Part shown: in pieces, positions 15,272-21,295 of the stretch | Layout of the letters: each line of letters opens with the position of its first letter | Numbering within the stretch: position 1 is the stretch's first letter | DNA from: a virus | Lineage: Duplodnaviria; Heunggongvirae; Uroviricota; Caudoviricetes | Reading direction: 5' to 3' (one strand) | Length of the DNA stretch: 21,295 nucleotides | IMG/VR virus record: IMGVR_UViG_3300020046_006452 | Span: 1 to 21,295 of that record | Translations under genes and position numbers: made by a program | The notes under the pieces: generated by a model | Databases searched by the model: none | Seen by the model: only the letters and a program-made list of their open reading frames with translations | Told to the model about the DNA's origin: nothing

Positions 15272-16282
15272 CCTATTGAAGCTCTTTAGCAATGGCCTAC
15301 TCAACTTAGCTACTGCCACCAAACGGTTATTTGGATCGTACATACCAATTGTGGTAATGTACACGTTTGGATTACGCAGCATACTAGAGTGCCTCAAACG
15401 TCCTGAACTTCCAGTAACGAAGGTGGGGTTGTTGGAGAAGTTGAACTCACGGTTGGTGACACGAACGAAGTAGTGAGTTGAAGTTACCTTCTCTTCGCTT
15501 CTTGCAGCAAAGTAGGTAGCATTCTTGATCGCCATCGACATTGTCACATGGTTACGAGCTTGGACCAACGAAGCTGCAGATGCAGAGTTGATCGGCCATC
15601 CCAAACCACTACGCAGAAGACCTGCGTGGAACACATAAGTTCCTTGGTCTGGGTAGAATAGACCGTATACGGTATTTGATGCTGACACTCCACCAGATCC
15701 GGACTTGATTGAATACACCCTACCTGCCTCGGTCAGAGTATAGTCATCACTTCCACCACTAGTGTCGATGAAAGAGGAATACGCAGTGGAGCTACCTAGT
15801 GTTGATCCACTACCAAGTCTCAACTCCCAATTTCCTGGATCGATCTTCTGACGGAACCTTGCACGTGCAAGATTGATCACAAAGATCTCATCAGAGTCGG
15901 TACCATTGAACGAAAATACACTGTCAGTTGGTGGAAGTAGTTGGTTTCGATACTGGCCATAAATTGCTCGTGATGGGGTATCGTTGACGTTCTGACCAAT
16001 GGTATTAGCATCTCCATACGATCCACTACCCAGCCTATGGCCATACGCAACAGAGAACTGAATCGCCGCATTGACAGCGGTTGCTGGGTCGCGATGGTAT
16101 ACGTTGACATGGTAGTTACCAGACTGAGATACTTGAGCTGAGGATGTGTAGAATCCAATACCACCGGCAATCGACTGAGAATAGGGGTTCATATCCTCCG
16201 ACCAAATCGGCTGAGAAATGGTCTGAACATCCCCCTTGATTACGTCGTTGTCGAGGTCGAAGTTTTTATAGACTTGTGCCAT
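15239..16282 (-). CDS. Conserved-looking virion (tail/baseplate) protein
   Basis: 347-aa S/G-rich ORF; C-terminal EFNFSNNPTF...YITTIGMYD...LVAVAKLSRP, shared with 11849..13504 and reminiscent of tail-collar fibre attachment domains. Confidence 0.75.
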   Translation of the reverse strand: MAQVYKNFDLDNDVIKGDVQTISQPIWSEDMNPYSQSIAGGIGFYTSSAQVSQSGNYHVNVYHRDPATAVNAAIQFSVAYGHRLGSGSYGDANTIGQNVNDTPSRAIYGQYRNQLLPPTDSVFSFNGTDSDEIFVINLARARFRQKIDPGNWELRLGSGSTLGSSTAYSSFIDTSGGSDDYTLTEAGRVYSIKSGSGGVSASNTVYGLFYPDQGTYVFHAGLLRSGLGWPINSASAASLVQARNHVTMSMAIKNATYFAARSEEKVTSTHYFVRVTNREFNFSNNPTFVTGSSGRLRHSSMLRNPNVYITTIGMYDPNNRLVAVAKLSRPLLKSFNREALVKVKLDF

Positions 16283-16302
16283 GTTTGGTTGAAGTTGTCA
16301 GA

Positions 16303-17061
16303 TTAGATAGACGTACGCTCTTGAACGTCAATCTCTAGGAAAGCTGACGGGTTTAGGGTGATGGAGACGGTCTTGAAACCACCAGTCTCGTTTCCAATGA
16401 TGGTTAGAAGTGCTCGGCGGATGGTGGTGGTGTCTGCCTGCATGATTGGCTTCAACACAAACTTGGATCCTACCGCGGTGATGGTCTTTCCTGCAGTAGT
16501 GATACCAGTAACTTCATCATCTAGGAAGCTAGTAACGCTGATGTTACCAGAATCTTGAGTGTTGATCGAAGGGTTGCTACCAGCCAAAGTAGATCGAGGG
16601 TTTGAGTTTTGACGTGTAACCTGAGAAGCCGGAGCAACAGTCAGTGTGGCTACAGTATCATCACTCAATATAGCTGTATAACCTAGGCTACTATTACCAC
16701 CGGCAAGGTTCAAGGTCGCTGGGGTGATCGTTACTTCCTGGTTCAGGGAAGTGAAGGTTACCGTGGAAGGTGCTACAGAGATTACAGGGATACCGATCAC
16801 ATCCTTAGGAAGGGTAATCAGCTTATACCTCATCATCTGAGTTTCATCTGGGAGACCTTCCAAAATAGGCATTCCTTCGATAACAGCACCATAGTAGTTG
16901 GTTCCCAATGTATGAGCCGGATTCCAAAGATCATAGTCGATCTCATCGTCACTTAGAGCAAACTTGGTTATGTTAAGCTGTCCACCAGCTGCTAGGATTT
17001 GACGCCCCTTATTGGTAAGGATGGCATCTACCGTTACGGAAGAGTTATCTAAGTACCCCAT
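16303..17061 (-). CDS. Conserved-looking virion (tail/baseplate) protein
   Basis: 252-aa ORF preceded by ATATTTAT. The N-terminus MGYLDNSSVTVDAILTNKGRQILAAGGQLNITKFALSDDEIDY resembles the start of tail-collar fibre (P2 gpH-N/DUF3751-like) domains. Confidence 0.75.
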   Translation of the reverse strand: MGYLDNSSVTVDAILTNKGRQILAAGGQLNITKFALSDDEIDYDLWNPAHTLGTNYYGAVIEGMPILEGLPDETQMMRYKLITLPKDVIGIPVISVAPSTVTFTSLNQEVTITPATLNLAGGNSSLGYTAILSDDTVATLTVAPASQVTRQNSNPRSTLAGSNPSINTQDSGNISVTSFLDDEVTGITTAGKTITAVGSKFVLKPIMQADTTTIRRALLTIIGNETGGFKTVSITLNPSAFLEIDVQERTSI

Positions 17062-17090
17062 TATGAATTTTGTGTGCTAGTCATGCGTTA

Positions 17091-17098
17091 ATAAATAT
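17091..17098 (-). promoter_or_regulatory. ATATTTAT motif, putative phage late promoter
   Basis: Intergenic gcATATTTAT ending 29 nt before the ATG at 17061. Confidence 0.6.
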
Positions 17099-17117
17099 GC
17101 CCTGCGTTTGAAACCTG

Positions 17118-20100
17118 TCAACGTCTCTGCCTATTTGATCGAGTACCGGTGCGGGTAGTGGTTGGTACCCCTTGATTTGTACCCCTTACTTCAAAAGTAC
17201 CCCTTGCTGTAGGATTTGCCACTAGATCAGTACCACCACCCAGGGTTATGGTAACTACAGGTCCCCCATCTGACGTATCCGGACTGTCGATATTCCAGTC
17301 AACTGAGCTCATCTTACAGCCATCGTACCTAGCGTTACGCATTCCATAGCTGTCGTGGAGATGGAAGTCTTGTACTTGTGCTCTATAGTTTAGGCACGTT
17401 ACTCGTACAAGTGGTATGTACGAGTAACGTCCATCATCCATATCATCCGATAGAGAGGATGATAACACTAGATGAGGTCCATTGGGTTTGACAACAAAGG
17501 ATCGAATGTTGCTAAACACAAAGTCTCTTCCTGTACCATCAGGTAGAGTGCCTAGACTCTGAGTAACTGTGGATCCTACATACCCAAATTCTAGTCGACC
17601 AAAACCACTACCAAGTCCTCCATCCACATTGGTATTCATAACAACATCAACCTGGTACCACATCTCCATTGTTTCCGGCCTAGTCGTATCATAGAAGAAT
17701 GAGTCTAGTAGAGCGTGATTACTAACCTGCACTCCTGTGTTGTTCATTAGCAGGGTTAGTCCTTGCGGTAGTGCTGGGTTACCAGCGACCATAACCCATT
17801 GGGTATTTGTGGTGTTTAATGGATCGTTTGGTCGTAATCCAAAACGACTAGTCCACAGGTCACTCTGATAACCTGCAATAGTTGATAGAGCATAACTAAC
17901 GGAAGATGTGTATAGAAAGCTTAGTCCCTTACCTTTGAAAATATCTCCACTGTATGGGTGATCTGCCACATTACTTATCTCACTACGCCTACTATCCGTG
18001 ACTACTACATTGAATGGGTCGTGATAATCATAACGACTAGAAGTGATCCAGTAAGGTTCAGAACGAGTAGATCCACTACCAGAGGTAGCATACGTCATGA
18101 AGACATACTGGGAACCATAACCAGCCAGATCTCTTCCGTACTGGGATTCCCTTAGGTTGATTGTATCGTAAGCAGTACCAAATTGCAACGACACTTGACT
18201 ACCTGAACTATTGTAAAGAGGACGACCATATTGATCGGTATCCCCTGTTAGATCTGGCGAGGCATAGATGGTTTCATCAAAGATCACATAGTCGTAATCC
18301 ACAGTAGGCAGATTAGGCTCTAGCTCAATTACCCCCTCTTCAACATAGCCAGGAAGGTTGCGGGTTGGTTCTCCACCTCCATCTTGAACAAAGGCACCTG
18401 GTTGTAGGTAATCTGCACCATTGGCAGCAATTACCCCCTCCTGCACATAGCCTTCCATATCACGGAAAGGCTCTCCATCCCCATCCTGTACAAATCCACC
18501 TGGTGATGGTATCGTTTGCTGCAGTGAGGCTGACCAGTGAAGTTCCTCATATGAAGGAGCCTGGGATGGCCACTTGGAGCGATCTAGGATGGTTGGTTCG
18601 ATTACAAGACCCACCTGAGTGTTTGCTCGGTAAGGAACCAGCTTCTTGATTAGCTGGAATAGACTTGCATCGAAGTGAGCGAGTAGGCGGATGTAGGCCT
18701 GAGAGTTGTTCCTTGTGCCATACTTCTTGGTGTACTCATACTTCAACCCCTCCAATCCAGGGTAGTTGACTAGTTCATAGTAGGCAGGGTCACCGATATA
18801 ATCATCAATACTCAGCCCACCAAACTGTTCTGCAATGTCCTGATTGACTTCATTTGTGGGTGATAGGTAAACACCTAAACGAGAGCTATCTGGTGGATTG
18901 TCATCACCCAGACTGCGGATCACGCTCGTATTACGGAACAGTTGATTATCCCCTGCTACAATGGTACTATCAATTCGGATCTTGTTTGCAACTGTTCGGT
19001 TAGCACCAAGATCAGGCCACTCTAGGTAGTGAGTCTCAACTTGTGGTACACTGGAGCTTATTGTGAAGTTAACAAATGTACCCTTTTTAGGATAACTTGT
19101 GCCAGTTGTAAAGTAGTTGAATGTTTGATTGGGATGGGAAGAGGATACACTAGCCGTTGCTTGGTAGTTAACCTTCCTAGTGTCTGCCCCAAGAGGTAGT
19201 CTGAAGGCTAGATCAGCGAAACTTGAAGTGCTACCCGAGTAGATATCGCGATCATTACCTTGAAAACTCGATGGGGCTAGAGTGTGATTGTCTAGTATTG
19301 CATCCTGCAGTACCACACTCCAAAGTCTCAATTCTTGGACACTTCCTGTAAAGATCGCCGCTGAGTGAGAATTGTTTGCAGCGACGACTGCAGATGAAGG
19401 AACATACAGGGTCGAGAGGGAGGTTGATACGTCGTTAATACTAGCACTTACCGTACTAACTACCTTACCATAGTTGGGCTTCTTGACAATTAGAGTGGTA
19501 TCAGATCCATCTCGTGTGATCGCAATGTGGTGAAAGGTACCATCATAGATGGAACTGGACACAGCGACAGAACTTCCATTAACAGTCAACCTAATGGCAT
19601 TGCCATTGATGGCATCGACCACTATATCATTGTTGGCAATTTGTAGAATAGTCTGGTCCTTACTCTGGCTGACAGCCATCTTAACTCGTAGTTCGATGGT
19701 ATCAGGAAAGTCTGTTCCGTTTTCAACCATCCCAATCCACGGTACCGAGATCTTTTGATTGACATCCCCGGACGTAGCTCCATTGTAGCCAACAGTAGTA
19801 GAGTATGAGAATCGATCGTAAGACCAATCAGTACGATCATCAAACTCAGGCTCCGGGCCCCCAAACTCACGAATTCGGAGTATTGTTGATGGTATACCAA
19901 AGCAGTTGATTAGAGCTCGAAGACCTCGCTCAGTACCTTTAGTCTTGAGTAGGTACGGTAGGTTGTTGATGATCCTTTTCCAGATCTCCTTAGTCTTATC
20001 AACAGCCTCTCCCTCGTAGATTGACAGCTGAGCTCCATCCTGATCAGTACCCAAAAAGTACTTCCATAGGTCGTCAATGGTATTGCCATTTTCAAAGTCA

Positions 20101-21295
20101 ACACCCAAGCTCTGAGCTACGTGAAAAACAAGGTCCTTACTGAACCCCTCAAACAAAGACTCATTCCTATCGTGGATGTCGGTCAGTCCCTTAACATACG
20201 CATACAGTATGTCAAAGTAGTGACCAATCATACTAACCATCAACACGTATTGTTGGTTAACCTCCTCTACGTGGATGTGTGCAGGAACTGTCTTAGTTAG
20301 TGCGTGAGGGTTGAGTGAGTCGAATAGACTAGCAGACTGCACAATACTAGTGAACCACTCGGTAACCTGTGAAGAGGTTACTGGGAAATTGACGTGTGGT
20401 TTGCTTGTTGTTGACTTAGGCCAAGTAGTTGCATAGTATTCACCAAAACTACCAGACTCGTAGCTGCTAGACTCGTAGTACAAGTACTCTTCATAGGCAT
20501 CAAAAGATCCTAGTATGTTATTCTTCTTAGCGGTTGCATCTAAAACGTTGCTGAGAGAGTATGAACTTGAAGCTTCCGGAATTGCCGGAGTTGGGTTGAG
20601 AGTGTCGATCCGCGCATCGTAAAATTCCAGCAACTCCATCTTATACATGAAGTTGCGTAGGCGATCCTCGGCTGACCCAAAGTGAACAAAGTTGTCGAAC
20701 TCCCTGAAATCGCAGTTAAGAGGAACACCCTCCAACAGAGATCCACTAAATAGGCGCCTAATCAGTGCCTGGCTGGTTGTTGGATTGGTTGATAGCAAGT
20801 CATCCCAGTCCTTGTAGTCTGTGTTGAGGTTTGTTCGCTCCTTTACAAGACACTCCCAATTAGGGGCTCCAATCTGTACTGGAAGGGCTCCCAGTCTTGG
20901 AGGGGTAATGACTATGGTGTCGGTGTATGGTTGACTAACCTCTTGAGCTAACCACACACTATCTCCGATCCTCAAAACTCCACCAGCTGGGGTTGTCAGC
21001 TTCAGTATGAGGCTGTACGGAAAGTCTGCAAAGGTGAACCTATCCTGCACATAATCGAATACACTAACGTAGGTTAGAGCGTCTTTGTGGAGGTGTAGAT
21101 TGGGTAGGGTAGTGGGTTTTGGTAGATTGAAAAATCCTGCTGCAAAGAACGAAAAGAAGTCCGCCGAGCTATCCCCGTCCACGATAGGAACAACGCGCAC
21201 CTCAAGGCCATCAGCACTGATCTCCTGTACCCTTAGACGGTGTCCATCTCCCGATCCAAGTAGATTTCGCAGAAAGCTAAACCTAGCTTGGTAGC
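17118..21295 (-). CDS. Very large virion protein (>1390 aa), baseplate-wedge-like segment plus LamG domain; 5'-truncated by window edge
   Basis: The frame is open upstream of the GTG at 21200 to the window end (YQARFSFLRNLLGSGDGHRLRVQEISADGLEVRV). Contains NNLPYLLKTKGTERGLRALINCFG (P2 gpI/baseplate-wedge-like) and LamG-like FHHIAITRDG...FTGSVQELRLWS. Confidence 0.8.
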   Translation of the reverse strand, partial: YQARFSFLRNLLGSGDGHRLRVQEISADGLEVRVVPIVDGDSSADFFSFFAAGFFNLPKPTTLPNLHLHKDALTYVSVFDYVQDRFTFADFPYSLILKLTTPAGGVLRIGDSVWLAQEVSQPYTDTIVITPPRLGALPVQIGAPNWECLVKERTNLNTDYKDWDDLLSTNPTTSQALIRRLFSGSLLEGVPLNCDFREFDNFVHFGSAEDRLRNFMYKMELLEFYDARIDTLNPTPAIPEASSSYSLSNVLDATAKKNNILGSFDAYEEYLYYESSSYESGSFGEYYATTWPKSTTSKPHVNFPVTSSQVTEWFTSIVQSASLFDSLNPHALTKTVPAHIHVEEVNQQYVLMVSMIGHYFDILYAYVKGLTDIHDRNESLFEGFSKDLVFHVAQSLGVDFENGNTIDDLWKYFLGTDQDGAQLSIYEGEAVDKTKEIWKRIINNLPYLLKTKGTERGLRALINCFGIPSTILRIREFGGPEPEFDDRTDWSYDRFSYSTTVGYNGATSGDVNQKISVPWIGMVENGTDFPDTIELRVKMAVSQSKDQTILQIANNDIVVDAINGNAIRLTVNGSSVAVSSSIYDGTFHHIAITRDGSDTTLIVKKPNYGKVVSTVSASINDVSTSLSTLYVPSSAVVAANNSHSAAIFTGSVQELRLWSVVLQDAILDNHTLAPSSFQGNDRDIYSGSTSSFADLAFRLPLGADTRKVNYQATASVSSSHPNQTFNYFTTGTSYPKKGTFVNFTISSSVPQVETHYLEWPDLGANRTVANKIRIDSTIVAGDNQLFRNTSVIRSLGDDNPPDSSRLGVYLSPTNEVNQDIAEQFGGLSIDDYIGDPAYYELVNYPGLEGLKYEYTKKYGTRNNSQAYIRLLAHFDASLFQLIKKLVPYRANTQVGLVIEPTILDRSKWPSQAPSYEELHWSASLQQTIPSPGGFVQDGDGEPFRDMEGYVQEGVIAANGADYLQPGAFVQDGGGEPTRNLPGYVEEGVIELEPNLPTVDYDYVIFDETIYASPDLTGDTDQYGRPLYNSSGSQVSLQFGTAYDTINLRESQYGRDLAGYGSQYVFMTYATSGSGSTRSEPYWITSSRYDYHDPFNVVVTDSRRSEISNVADHPYSGDIFKGKGLSFLYTSSVSYALSTIAGYQSDLWTSRFGLRPNDPLNTTNTQWVMVAGNPALPQGLTLLMNNTGVQVSNHALLDSFFYDTTRPETMEMWYQVDVVMNTNVDGGLGSGFGRLEFGYVGSTVTQSLGTLPDGTGRDFVFSNIRSFVVKPNGPHLVLSSSLSDDMDDGRYSYIPLVRVTCLNYRAQVQDFHLHDSYGMRNARYDGCKMSSVDWNIDSPDTSDGGPVVTITLGGGTDLVANPTARGTFEVRGTNQGVPTTTRTGTRSNRQRR
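18327..18503 (-). repeat. Two-copy intragenic tandem repeat, 102-nt (34-aa) period
   Basis: PGGFVQDGDGEPFRDMEGYVQEGVI (18503-18429) versus PGAFVQDGGGEPTRNLPGYVEEGVI (18401-18327): 18 of 25 residues identical. Confidence 0.9.

Noticed and set aside
21198-21200. GTG at 21200 as the start of the 1360-aa protein
   Set aside because: The frame is open to the window edge with protein-like sequence, so the true start lies outside the window.
2587-21294. Plus-strand ORFs in the track (e.g. 2587..2808, 6692..7111, 13511..13840, 15153..15473, 21085..21294) and short nested minus-strand ORFs
   Set aside because: All lie antisense to, or out of frame within, well-supported genes. They have no recognisable motifs or start signals and look like shadow ORFs.
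1-21295. tRNA, rRNA, CRISPR array, intrinsic terminators
   Set aside because: No intergenic gap exceeds about 70 nt. I saw no cloverleaf, no spaced repeats, and no GC-rich hairpin followed by a U-tract.

Overview
This window is a fragment of a large (jumbo/mega-type) tailed dsDNA phage genome. It has 15 tightly packed CDSs, all on the minus strand and read in the standard genetic code; the two terminal CDSs are cut by the window edges. In transcription order (right to left) the genes are: a very large baseplate-like virion protein with a LamG domain, two conserved tail/baseplate proteins, a free-standing Vsr/DUF559-like homing endonuclease, a modular putative internal head protein, a LamG-containing paralogue of the tail protein, a replication/recombination island (T7 endonuclease I-like resolvase, DnaG-type primase, single-chain Mre11-Rad50/SbcD-SbcC fusion), three more probable virion proteins, a fusion of an HxGH nucleotidyltransferase with a KxDG ligase-like domain, a GIY-YIG homing endonuclease, and the start of another putative head-packaged protein. 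Two promoter classes are visible: sigma70-like -35/-10 pairs in front of primase and Mre11-Rad50, and an 8-mer ATAYTTAT just upstream of five other starts. The strongest candidate for an undescribed system is the nucleotidyltransferase-ligase fusion, which carries a T4-like capsid-targeting N-terminus and a protease-type site between its two domains. Also notable are a strong [ST][GAS]S tripeptide enrichment confined to five large virion-type proteins, and a tail-collar-fibre-like motif apparently split over adjacent genes. All family assignments come from motif recognition by eye; no searches were run.
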